This document shows, piece by piece, positions 42,981 through 51,845 of a DNA stretch of 64,000 bases. The stretch spans positions 173,942 to 237,941 of the forward strand of contig JAULAX010000005.1 of NCBI GenBank assembly GCA_032654565.1. The letters run 5' to 3'. The translations under genes and the position numbers were made by a program. The notes beneath the pieces were generated by a model, which saw only the letters and a program-made list of their open reading frames with translations, searched no databases and was not told the DNA's origin. This stretch comes from Anaeromyxobacteraceae bacterium. GTDB lineage: Bacteria; Myxococcota; Myxococcia; Myxococcales; Anaeromyxobacteraceae. Position 1 is the stretch's first letter. Each line of letters opens with the position of its first letter.

Positions 42981-45512
42981 ATGAGCTGGAACGTGCTGCT
43001 GATCGAGGCCGACGCCGCCGTCGCCGAGGAGATCCGCGCCGCCTTCGGGCCGGCCGGCTTCGTGGTCGCGGCCATCGAGGCCGGCGAGGGGGCCCTGGAC
43101 CGGACCCGGGCGGCGGCCCCCGACCTGATCCTGCTCTCCGCCGAGCTGCCGGACATGAGCGGCTTCTCGGTCTGCAACCGGCTGAAGCGGGCGCTGCCGG
43201 CCACGCCGCTGGTCCTCTACACCCGCGAGGCGACCGACGGGGCCATCGAGGCCCACCGCGCCTCCAAGGGGAAGGCCGACGCCTACCTGCGCGCCCCGCT
43301 CGACATGGCCGACCTGCTCGGCCACGCCGCGCAGCTGCTCCACGCCGAGGCCGCCGCGCCGGCCCGTGCGACCGGCCCGGCCACCGCGCCGCCGCTCCCC
43401 CGTGCCCCCGCGGCCCCTGCTGCCCCCACCGCCCCTGCAGCCCCGGTGGTCCCCCGGGTCGGCCCCGCCGCCGCGCCCGCGCCCCCATCCGCCTCGTCGC
43501 CGCCCGCCGCCGCTCGCCCGCCCCCGCCGGCCGCTCCACCCGGCGCGCCGTCGCGCCCCTCGGCCCCGCCGCCCCGCCCCACCGTGGCCCTCCCGGCCCA
43601 GCCGGCGCCGCCGGCCCGCCTCAAGACCGCCGGCCCGCGCGCCGACCAGCTGCTGGCCGAGTGGCCGCGAGATCCGGCGCCGCCCAAGGGGACGCCGGAG
43701 GAGAAGCTCGAGTACTTCCGCGAGCGGCTCCGCGTCCGCGACGGCTACATGCCGCGGCTGCGCGAGGCCATCGGGGAGCTGAAGACCGAGGCGGCGCAGC
43801 TGATCGGCGACGGCGAGGAGCTGCGGTCGACGCTGGCCGCCACCCGGAGCCAGCTGGCCACGCTGGAGGCCCGGCTGGCCGAGGCGGGCCAGGAGCTGGC
43901 GGCCGCGGCGGCGCAGCGGGCCGAGCTGGAGCGGCGGATCGCGGAGGTGGACGGCACGCGGCAGTCGCTGTCGGAGGTGCTCTCCGAGTCGATGCAGGAG
44001 CACGAGAAGGCCGAGCAGCAGTGGTCGGCCCGGGTGGCGGCCGCCGACGCGGCCCGCGCCGAGGTGGAGCGGGCCCTGGCCGAGGCCCAGGAGAGCCACG
44101 TCAAGGAGCTGCAGGCCATCGCCGCCGACCGGGCCGACGAGCGGGCCGCCTCCGAGGAGGCGCGGGTGCGCGCCGAGACCGAGCACGCCGCCTCGCTGGC
44201 GCAGCTCGACGCCGAGCGGCACGCCGACCGGGAGGCGGCGCGGACCGCGGCCGAGGCGGCCTCGGCCCAGCTGGTGGAGCTGGCGGCCGAGCGCGACGAC
44301 CTGGAGCACAACTTCTCCACCACCGCGGCGAAGCTGGCCGACGTGGAGGAGGCGGCCGAGGCGGCGGCGCGGCTGGCCGCCGAGACCCAGGCCCTGCTCG
44401 AGGCCCGGCTCACCGAGACCGAGGGGCGGGCCCAGCTCAGCGCCGGCGAGCTGGCCGAGGCCACGGCGCTCTCCGAGGACCTGGACAAGCAGCTCACCCA
44501 GCTGGAGGCCACCCGCGCCGAGCAGGAGGCGGCGCTGGCGCAGGCCCGCGCCGAGCTCGACGCCGCGCTGCTGCGCGCCGGCGACGCCGAGCAGTCGCTG
44601 GCGGCGCGCCAGGCGGAGCTGGCGGCGGAGCGGGCCCGGGTGGCCGAGCAGGCCGGCGCCCTCGAGGCCGGCCGCTCCACGGCGCAGGGGGTCCGCGGCG
44701 AGCTGGCCCGCGCCGAGGCCGGACGGGCCGAGGCCAGCCACCGGGCCGCCGAGGCCGAGGCCGAGGTGCAGCGGCTGGCCGCCGAGCTGGAGGCGACCCG
44801 GGCCCGAGACGCCGAGGCCCGCGAGCGGGTGGCCCGGCTGGAGCTGGAGGTGGCCCGCCTGGCCCCGCTGGAGCCGGTGGCCGCCGAGGTGGTCCGGCTG
44901 CGCAAGGAGCTGCCGGCCCTGAAGGAGCTGGTGCAGCAGCGCACCCAGGCGGCCGAGGCCTCGTCGCGCGCCGCGCAGACGGCGGCCAGCGAGCGGGCCC
45001 GGCTGGCGGAGCGGCTCTCCATCGACACCAGCCAGCTGCAGGCCGACCTGCACCGGGTGGAGGGGGAGCTGGCCCAGGCGCGGCGCAAGCAGGCCGACGC
45101 CGAGCAGGCGGCGGCCCAGGCCCAGGCCGACCTGCTGCGCGAGCGGCAGGGGGCGGAGCAGGCGCGCGGCACCTTCCGCGAGGGGGCCACCCAGGCCGAG
45201 GCGCGCCACGCCGCCGACCTGCAGCGGGTCAAGGCCACCGCGGCCGAGCTGGAGCGCCACCTGGAGGGGCGCGCCAAGATCGAGCAGCAGCTGAAGCGGC
45301 GCATCGGCGAGCTGGAGGCGGCGGCCCGGATGACGGCGGCGGCGCCGCCCCCCGAGGCCGACGGCGCGGCGCTGGCCGCGCTGCGGGCGCGCATCGACGA
45401 GCTGGAGGTGGACCTCTCCGACCTGCGCGACGAGAACGACTTCCTCAACGGCGAGGTGGCCCGCTACACGCAGAAGAACATCGACCTGGCCGCCAAGCTG
45501 GGGAAGAAGTAG
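42981..45512 (+). CDS. AglZ/FrzS-like pseudo-receiver + long coiled-coil protein
   Basis: N-terminal receiver PDLILLSAELPDMSGFSVC (Ser at the phospho-Asp position), Pro/Ala linker, ~600 aa of heptad repeats. Confidence 0.78.
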   Translation: MSWNVLLIEADAAVAEEIRAAFGPAGFVVAAIEAGEGALDRTRAAAPDLILLSAELPDMSGFSVCNRLKRALPATPLVLYTREATDGAIEAHRASKGKADAYLRAPLDMADLLGHAAQLLHAEAAAPARATGPATAPPLPRAPAAPAAPTAPAAPVVPRVGPAAAPAPPSASSPPAAARPPPPAAPPGAPSRPSAPPPRPTVALPAQPAPPARLKTAGPRADQLLAEWPRDPAPPKGTPEEKLEYFRERLRVRDGYMPRLREAIGELKTEAAQLIGDGEELRSTLAATRSQLATLEARLAEAGQELAAAAAQRAELERRIAEVDGTRQSLSEVLSESMQEHEKAEQQWSARVAAADAARAEVERALAEAQESHVKELQAIAADRADERAASEEARVRAETEHAASLAQLDAERHADREAARTAAEAASAQLVELAAERDDLEHNFSTTAAKLADVEEAAEAAARLAAETQALLEARLTETEGRAQLSAGELAEATALSEDLDKQLTQLEATRAEQEAALAQARAELDAALLRAGDAEQSLAARQAELAAERARVAEQAGALEAGRSTAQGVRGELARAEAGRAEASHRAAEAEAEVQRLAAELEATRARDAEARERVARLELEVARLAPLEPVAAEVVRLRKELPALKELVQQRTQAAEASSRAAQTAASERARLAERLSIDTSQLQADLHRVEGELAQARRKQADAEQAAAQAQADLLRERQGAEQARGTFREGATQAEARHAADLQRVKATAAELERHLEGRAKIEQQLKRRIGELEAAARMTAAAPPPEADGAALAALRARIDELEVDLSDLRDENDFLNGEVARYTQKNIDLAAKLGKK

Positions 45513-45557
45513 CCGCGACGCGGTGGCGGCAGGGCTCGGGCCAGGCGAGCGGCGCCT

Positions 45558-46391
45558 TCAGGCGACCGCGGCCGCCAGCGTCTTGCGGTAGCGGTTGAGG
45601 TCGCGCACCGTCTCCAGCGGCTCACCGAAGAGGATGGAGAGGTTGCGCAGGATGGCCCCCACCACCCGCTGCTCGCAGGCGGCGTCGAAGCGGAGCTGGG
45701 TGTCGAGCCAGCGCTCCAGCCAGCCGGGGTCGGGCAGCCGGCTCTGGATGGTGTCGTCGGGGAAGAGCGCCCTGGCCACGTGCAGGTTGGTGGGGTGGAG
45801 CGGCTTGCCGCTGCGGCCGCTGGCCGCCATCAGGAAGCCCATCTTGGCGAAGGCGCGGCGGGCCTCGGCGGGGGTGCGCGCCAGGGCCCGCTGCATGTAC
45901 TTCAGGTAGGCGCCGCCGTGCCGCGCCTCGTCCCTGGAGATGAGGTCGTAGAGGTGGCGGATGACCGGCTCGGTGTGCCACTCGGCGGCGCGCCGGTACC
46001 ACTGGGTGAGCCGCACCTCGCCGCAGAAGTGGAGCATCAGCGTCTCCAGCGGCGGGGCCGGGTCGGCCGGGAAGCGGACGGCGTGCAGCTCGGCCTCGGT
46101 GGGCAGCAGCGCCGGCCGGAAGCGGCGCAGGTACTCCATGAGGGCCAGCGAGTGCTTCTGCTCCTCGTAGAACCAGACCGAGATGAAGGCGGAGAAGTCG
46201 CTGTCGTCCTGGTTGTCGCGCAGGAACATCTCGGTGGCCGGCAGCGCCGCCCACTCGGTGATGGCGTTCATGCGCACGGTCATGGCCTGCTCGTCGGTGA
46301 GCAGGTCCCCGTCGAAGCGGTCCCACGGCACGTCGGCGGCGAGGCTCCAGCGGGCGGCCTCCAGCGATGCGAAGAGCTCGGGGTACAGCAC
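45558..46391 (-). CDS. Ferritin-like diiron protein (acyl-ACP desaturase-like)
   Basis: E, EEQKH, GE, DEARH diiron ligand spacing; GTG start after GGAGG. Confidence 0.8.
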   Translation of the reverse strand: MLYPELFASLEAARWSLAADVPWDRFDGDLLTDEQAMTVRMNAITEWAALPATEMFLRDNQDDSDFSAFISVWFYEEQKHSLALMEYLRRFRPALLPTEAELHAVRFPADPAPPLETLMLHFCGEVRLTQWYRRAAEWHTEPVIRHLYDLISRDEARHGGAYLKYMQRALARTPAEARRAFAKMGFLMAASGRSGKPLHPTNLHVARALFPDDTIQSRLPDPGWLERWLDTQLRFDAACEQRVVGAILRNLSILFGEPLETVRDLNRYRKTLAAAVA

Positions 46392-46618
46392 GCGGCACCT
46401 CCTGCGGTGGGTGAGGAGGTGCTCTTGCCGCCGCCGTGTCTCCGGCGTGTCACGGCGGGCGGGCCCCGGCGTCCGGGGCGACCGTCGGGGACGGATTCAT
46501 TCACCCGTGATCACCGGCCCTTGGAATCTTTCACGCCGGCGGCAGGAATCCGCCGCAGCGCGATGCGTTAACCCACCCGCCGCCCGCCCGGGACGGCGTC
46601 CGTCCCAACCCCTGCGCT

Positions 46619-46885
46619 GCCGACATCCTCTCCATGTTCGTGGTCATCGAGCTGCTCAAGAGCATCGTCGAGTACGTGGAGGTGCACCGGCTCAAGATCA
46701 CCTTCATCCTCGACGCCGCGGTGGTCTTCCTGCTGCGCGAGGTGATGATCGGGCTCTACGGGAAGACGCTCGACGGCCCCATGCTGGCCGCCATCGCCTT
46801 CCTGCTGCTGGTGCTCGGCGCCTTCCGCGTCGGCGCCGTCCGCTTCCCGCTGGAGGTGGGCCGTGGCGACCGGCCGGTGGCGTGA
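46619..46885 (+). pseudogene. 5'-truncated PsiE-like (phosphate-starvation-inducible E) membrane protein gene
   Basis: ADILSMFVVIELLKSIVEY...ILDAAVVFLLREVMI matches the C-terminal part of PsiE-like proteins; no N-terminal TM segment or RBS-linked start seen upstream. Confidence 0.5.
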
Positions 46886-47024
46886 GCTGCGGGGCCGGGC
46901 GGCGGCGCTGGTGGAGCGGCCCGGGGTGCGGCGATGGCGCGCCTGGCTGCTGCGGCGGCGCAAGGTCCTGCTCGGGGGGGCCCTGGCCTGCGGCATCCTC
47001 GCCATGGTGATTCACTGGTCGTGA
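46863..47024 (+). CDS. Possible 53-aa small membrane protein (not in ORF track)
   Basis: GGAGGT RBS then GTG; MATGRWRELRGRAAALVERPGVRRWRAWLLRRRKVLLGGALACGILAMVIHWS*, a basic stretch followed by a C-terminal TM. Confidence 0.35.
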   Translation: MATGRWRELRGRAAALVERPGVRRWRAWLLRRRKVLLGGALACGILAMVIHWS

Positions 47025-47031
47025 ATCGGGC

Positions 47032-47161
47032 GGGCGGGAGCCGGGCGGGGCCGATCGGCGAGCGAGAGGCGCAGCGAGGGGGAGTGGGAGCGGGCGGGGC
47101 GGGAGGCGGGCGGGGCCGACGAGCGAGCGAGAGGCGCAGCGAGGGAGAGTGGGAACGGGCG
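47032..47161. repeat. Two ~65-bp purine-rich direct repeats
   Basis: GGGCGGGAG-CGGGCGGGGCCGA...GCGAGCGAGAGGCGCAGCGAGGG.GAGTGGGA.CGGGCG at 47032 and 47097. Confidence 0.75.
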
Positions 47162-47431
47162 GTCCTGGGGGGGCGGCTGCTGCGAACGGTCACCCGGAGC
47201 CGCTCGGCGGAGGGCGAGCTTGGACGCGAGGAGATCCACGAGTCGTTGCGGCGCCGGCGCTCGCACCTCCCTGGTCTCCGCTTTCACTCGTGGTGCGGTT
47301 CAGTCAACTGAACTCGGATTGACCCACCCCGCTCGGGCCCTCCTTCGCGCCCCGCCCCACTCAGCTCTGCCCCGCGATCACCGTCGCAGAGCAGTTCGCA
47401 TTCGAAGGCGCGCCATTCAGTCTCACCCGAA

Positions 47432-47457
47432 CGCAACTTCTGACGTCAGAAGTTGCG
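47432..47457. repeat. Perfect 26-bp palindrome
   Basis: CGCAACTTCTGAC|GTCAGAAGTTGCG. Confidence 0.85.
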
Positions 47458-47661
47458 AAAGAGGGACCTCCCTCGGAGCCAGACGCATCCGCCCACCTGG
47501 ACCCCGGAGCTCACTGCAGGCGCCGCCTCTCCACCTTCCAGTCACCTTCGCCGCGCTGGCCGGGCTGCTGGCGGCGCTGGCCTTCCCGGTGGCGCGCCGC
47601 CGGTGAGGTACCATCGTGGCCACCGCCGCGCCCCGGGGCGTGGCCCAGGGAGGGGAACACC

Positions 47662-48303
47662 ATGGAGACCGCCACCCCGCTCAGGCTGGCCCTGCTGGCC
47701 GCGCTGCTCCTCTCCCCGGTCGCGGTCCAGGCCGGGGAGCCGCCGGCCGCCGAGCCGCCCCGGTTCGCCGAGCCGCCCGCCGCCGACCTCGACGCCGAGC
47801 TCCCCTGGAGCTTCTCGCTGGGGACCGGAGCCGGCGGCTTCGTCGAGTTCGTCAACGCCTTCTCCAACGGCGGCCCGGTCGGCTACACCAGCTCGCGCCG
47901 GACCGCCCGCTTCCAGCTCAACGCGCGGGCCGACCGGGAGCTCAACCGCTGGTTCCGCGCCGGCGTGGCCTGGACCTACAACAGCTGGACCGAGCGCTAC
48001 GCCTCGGCCGGCGTCGAGGTCGGGAGCATCGACAACTCGGTCCACGCCCTGATGGCCGACGTCACGCTCCGCTACCTGCGGACCGGGCCGCTGGAGGTCT
48101 ACAGCGGGCTGGCCGCCGGGGCCGGCCGGTGGAAGCAGTCGGGCGCGGGCATCGGGGCGGGGCAGAGCGGGGTCCAGTCCGGGCTGGCCTTCCAGCTCCG
48201 CTACGTGGGGGCCTCGCTGGGGACCGAGCGGCTGCGCGCCTTCCTCGACCTCGGGGTCGGCTTCGAGGGACTGCTGGTGGGCGGCCTGACGCTGCGCTTC
48301 TAG
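47662..48303 (+). CDS. Small outer-membrane beta-barrel protein
   Basis: Signal peptide, amphipathic strands, C-terminal GLTLRF beta-signal. Confidence 0.7.
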   Translation: METATPLRLALLAALLLSPVAVQAGEPPAAEPPRFAEPPAADLDAELPWSFSLGTGAGGFVEFVNAFSNGGPVGYTSSRRTARFQLNARADRELNRWFRAGVAWTYNSWTERYASAGVEVGSIDNSVHALMADVTLRYLRTGPLEVYSGLAAGAGRWKQSGAGIGAGQSGVQSGLAFQLRYVGASLGTERLRAFLDLGVGFEGLLVGGLTLRF

Positions 48304-48314
48304 CGCCGGGCCGG

Positions 48315-49622
48315 TCAGGCCACGGCGCGGCGCCGCGACAGCGCCCAGGCCAGCACGCCCACCACCGCCACGCCGGCCACCCAGAGCAGGGTGCGCGGCT
48401 GGTCGCCGAACCCCTTCCAGAACATCCAGGCCGACGAGACCACGTAGATGACCGCGGCCACCACGGCGCGCTTCGACGGCGTCGGCTGCATGCCGCGCAC
48501 CCGCGCCACCACCAGGCCGAGCGCCACCAGCGCCGCGAACAGCACCAGGATGGCCCCCACCTGCCCCAGCGTCTCGCGCAGCCCCTGGGTGAAGATGATC
48601 ACCAGCGTCAGCCCGCCCTGCACCAGGATGGCGGCGCGGGGCGGGTGCCCCTCCGGGCTGGCGCGCAGGAAGGCCGGCAGGAAGCCGTCGGCGGCCATGG
48701 CCGCGTAGACGCGCGGCCCGAGGAAGATCATGGCGCTCATCGCCGAGAGGAAGACCAGCACGGTGGCCGCCGACCAGGCGGCGCCGGCGGTGGGCCCGAG
48801 CAGCCGGTCCATGACCGCGTGGCCCAGCGTGCCGTTGTCGCCGGTGACGGTGAAGAAGGCGGTGGCCGGGTCGAGGTTGGCCACGAAGATCCAGTTGACC
48901 AGCAGGTAGAGCGCGGCCACCAGCAGGGTGCCGATGATCATGGCCCGCGGCACGGTGCGGGCCGGGTCCTCGAACTCCTCGGCGGCGTAGATGGCGGCGT
49001 TCCAGCCGGAGAAGGCCAGCGCGATGTAGAAGAGCGAGCTGGCGAACGGGCCGAAGGGGAAGCCGGGCTGGGCGTTGGGCGGCGTCCAGGTGGGCCAGCC
49101 GCGGGCCCCGAGGAAGAGGCCGACGCCGACGAAGCCGACCAGCAGCGTCGCCTTCACCGCGATGAGCACGTTCTGGGTGCGGGCGCTGGCGCGGAAGCCG
49201 ACGGCGTGGAAGCCGGTGAGCAGCACCACGAACCCGGCGCCGAGCCAGGTGGGGTTGAGGCCGGGGAAGATGGTGCTGGCGAAGGCCCCGGCGGCCAGGG
49301 CGTCCATGGCCACCGGCGCCGAGAAGCCGACCAGCAGCGAGGCCCAGCCGCCCAGGTAGCCGACCGCCGGGTGGAGCAGCTCGGAGAGGTAGCGGTACTC
49401 GCCGCCGGAGCGCGGCACCAGCCGGGCCACGGCGCCGTAGGCCACCGCCCCGCAGAGCGCCAGCACCGCCCCGGCCACCCAGGCCAGCAGGATGTGACCG
49501 GGGCCCATGTCCTGGGCCATGAAGCCGGCGGAGAGGAACACGCCGGCGCCGATCATGTTGGCGGCGACCATGCCGACACCGGAGGCGAGGTGGAGCTTGG
49601 GGAGGGTGGAGGCAGTACGCAC
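48315..49622 (-). CDS. APC-family amino acid permease
   Basis: ANMIGAGVF, PRSGGEYRYL, AFSGWN, AEEFEDP; ~12 TM. Start uncertain. Confidence 0.88.
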   Translation of the reverse strand: MRTASTLPKLHLASGVGMVAANMIGAGVFLSAGFMAQDMGPGHILLAWVAGAVLALCGAVAYGAVARLVPRSGGEYRYLSELLHPAVGYLGGWASLLVGFSAPVAMDALAAGAFASTIFPGLNPTWLGAGFVVLLTGFHAVGFRASARTQNVLIAVKATLLVGFVGVGLFLGARGWPTWTPPNAQPGFPFGPFASSLFYIALAFSGWNAAIYAAEEFEDPARTVPRAMIIGTLLVAALYLLVNWIFVANLDPATAFFTVTGDNGTLGHAVMDRLLGPTAGAAWSAATVLVFLSAMSAMIFLGPRVYAAMAADGFLPAFLRASPEGHPPRAAILVQGGLTLVIIFTQGLRETLGQVGAILVLFAALVALGLVVARVRGMQPTPSKRAVVAAVIYVVSSAWMFWKGFGDQPRTLLWVAGVAVVGVLAWALSRRRAVA

Positions 49623-49644
49623 CGCGGCATGGTACATGAGCCAC

Positions 49645-50889
49645 ATGACCGCCGCGCTCTCCAATTTGGTCGTCCTGGTCCTCGTCGCCGCCGCGCCCGA
49701 GGCCTCCACCGTCACCGCCGCCGCCGCGCCCGCCGTGCCGGTGACCCACGCCATGCTCCCCCCCGCCGCCCCGGCCGACTTCATCGCCGAGGCCCGGGCG
49801 CTGATGCGCACCGTCACCTGCCAGGGCGACGAGCCCCTCCCCCACGCCTTCGACGCCGAGACCGTGGCCGGCTACTGCAAGGCCCAGTCGAAGGCCATCG
49901 CCGCCTACCGCGACCGCTACCTGCCGCTGGCGGCCCCCTTCCTGGCCCGGCTGCGCCCGGCCGGCACGCCCGCCACGGTGGTCTACCCGTTCGGCGGCGG
50001 CGACCTGGTCTCGGCGCTCACCACCTACCCCGAGGCCACCGACCTCACCACCCTGTCGCTGGAGCACGCCGGCGATCCGCGCCGGCTCTCCGCCATCACC
50101 TCCAAGGCGCAGCTGGCCGTGTCGCTGGAGCTGATCCGCGCCACCTCCAACGGCCTGCTCTACGCCTCCGACTCCAAGACCGAGAACCTCATGAAGGGGC
50201 AGCGCGGCGAGATCCCCGGGCAGCTGGCCTTCTTCCTGACGGCGCTGGCCATCCACGGGTTCGAGCCGGTCAGCCTCAAGTTCTTCAAGATCAAGAAGGA
50301 CGGCACGCTCCACTACTTCAGCGCCGCCGAGATCACGGCGCTGGAGGGGCAGGAGGCCAAGCTGCTGCGCGGCAAGTGGACCGAGCCCGACTTCTCCATG
50401 GCCTTCTCCAACTCCGAGCTCACCTTCGTGAAGCGGGGGGCCGCCCCGGGCGCCGCGCCGCGCGTCCACCGCCACATCGCCTGGGATCTCTCCGACGCCG
50501 CCATCGCCAAGACCGGGATCATCGCCCACCTCGAGGGCAAGGGGACGATCGCGGCCATGACCAAGGCCGCCTCCTACCTGCTCTGGCGCGACGACTTCTC
50601 CAGGGTCCGCAAGTACCTGCTCGGCCACATGACGCTGATGATCTCCGACTCCACCGGCATCCCGCCGCACTGGGCCGGGCCGGCCGGCTTCACGCAGGAG
50701 ACCTACGGGTCCTTCGAGGTCTCCTTCCTCGAGGCCAGCGAGGCCATCAACGCCGAGTTCAAGGAGCTCTGGGCCAGCCAGCCGGTCCGCAAGCTCCCCT
50801 TCCGCTACGGCTACATCGACGGGCTCAAGGACGGCGACAAGACCGCCGGCCGCTTCCACCTGCTGGTGACCCGCAAGGCGGCCAAGTAG
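49645..50889 (+). CDS. Conserved-looking exported hypothetical protein
   Basis: Signal peptide, strong GC3 codon bias; motifs VVYPFGGGD, TKAASYLL, SDSTGIP, LPFRYGY. Confidence 0.7.
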   Translation: MTAALSNLVVLVLVAAAPEASTVTAAAAPAVPVTHAMLPPAAPADFIAEARALMRTVTCQGDEPLPHAFDAETVAGYCKAQSKAIAAYRDRYLPLAAPFLARLRPAGTPATVVYPFGGGDLVSALTTYPEATDLTTLSLEHAGDPRRLSAITSKAQLAVSLELIRATSNGLLYASDSKTENLMKGQRGEIPGQLAFFLTALAIHGFEPVSLKFFKIKKDGTLHYFSAAEITALEGQEAKLLRGKWTEPDFSMAFSNSELTFVKRGAAPGAAPRVHRHIAWDLSDAAIAKTGIIAHLEGKGTIAAMTKAASYLLWRDDFSRVRKYLLGHMTLMISDSTGIPPHWAGPAGFTQETYGSFEVSFLEASEAINAEFKELWASQPVRKLPFRYGYIDGLKDGDKTAGRFHLLVTRKAAK

Positions 50890-50895
50890 GGGCCC

Positions 50896-51837
50896 ATGCG
50901 CCGGCTCGGAGCGCCGCTGCTCGCGCTGGCCGTGCTCGCCGCCGGCTGCGCCGCGCCGCAGGGGCCGGCCCCGGACTCGTCGAGGCCCTTCCCCTCGCCG
51001 CCTCCCCTCCCCGTCGCGCCCCCGGCCCCGGCCCGGCCGCGGGCGCAGCAGAGCCTCGACCCCTTCGCCCCGCCCGACCGGACCCAGCCGCCCTGGTCGC
51101 AGACCCCGGTGCGGCTGCTCGGCATCGGCGAGGTGGAGAGCGGGGCGGCGGCGGGCGGCACCAGCTTTCGGGTGGGGACGGCGCGCGGCGTGGTCTGGGC
51201 CTGGCGGCCGGCCGGCTACCGGCCCCGCGACGCCGGCGTCTGCGTCTACCTGCACGGCTACTACACCACCGTCGACCAGGCGGTGATCGACCACCGGCTG
51301 GCCCAGCAGTTCGCCGCCAGCGGCCGCAACGCCCTCTTCGTCGCCGCCGAGGCGCCGGCCTGGAACGGCGAGGACGGCACCTGGCCGGATCTCGACGAGC
51401 TGCTGGCCGAGACCTTCCGGCGCACCGGGCTGAAGCCGCCGCCCGGCCCGGTGGTGGTGGTGGGCCACTCCGGCGCCTTCCGCCCCATCCTCTCCTGGCT
51501 CGGCCACGCCCGGCTCGAGGAGATCCTGCTGCTCGACGGGCTCTACCGCGGTGAGGCGCAGCTCCGCGGCTGGCTGCAGGCGGCCGGCCCCGGGCCCCGC
51601 CGCCGCCTGGTGCTGGTCTCCGACGAGACCTTCCCCGCCGCCGAGGCGCTGGTGGCCACCGTGCCCGGCGCCGTCTCGCTCCCCGAGGTGCCGGCCCCCG
51701 ACCGCGGCCTCGACGGCGCCGGCCGGGCCGCCCGGCTCATTCACCTTAGGTCACAGCACTCGCACATGGCCATCGTCGAGGGGGGCGAGGTGCTGCCGGT
51801 GCTGCTGCGCGCCTCCCACCTCCCCGCCGTCCGGTGA
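50896..51837 (+). CDS. Lipoprotein, alpha/beta-hydrolase-like
   Basis: Lipobox LAAGC; VYLHG, VVVGHSGA nucleophile elbow, LLDGLY, C-terminal His. Confidence 0.65.
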   Translation: MRRLGAPLLALAVLAAGCAAPQGPAPDSSRPFPSPPPLPVAPPAPARPRAQQSLDPFAPPDRTQPPWSQTPVRLLGIGEVESGAAAGGTSFRVGTARGVVWAWRPAGYRPRDAGVCVYLHGYYTTVDQAVIDHRLAQQFAASGRNALFVAAEAPAWNGEDGTWPDLDELLAETFRRTGLKPPPGPVVVVGHSGAFRPILSWLGHARLEEILLLDGLYRGEAQLRGWLQAAGPGPRRRLVLVSDETFPAAEALVATVPGAVSLPEVPAPDRGLDGAGRAARLIHLRSQHSHMAIVEGGEVLPVLLRASHLPAVR

Positions 51838-51845
51838 CGCCCCCC

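Noticed and set aside
41970..45260. 1096-aa PrmA 'fusion' and similar apparent N-terminal extensions (41206..42864, 55463..61408, 21366..24491, 23876..26170, 4811..6898, 14122..16335)
   Set aside because: The extensions overlap neighbouring real genes in another frame or strand; internal starts with an RBS or stop-start overlap give normal-length proteins.
47170..47460. Retron msr-msd or riboswitch
   Set aside because: Inverted repeats are present, but there is no reverse transcriptase nearby and I could not match a known riboswitch consensus; kept only as an unclassified structured element.
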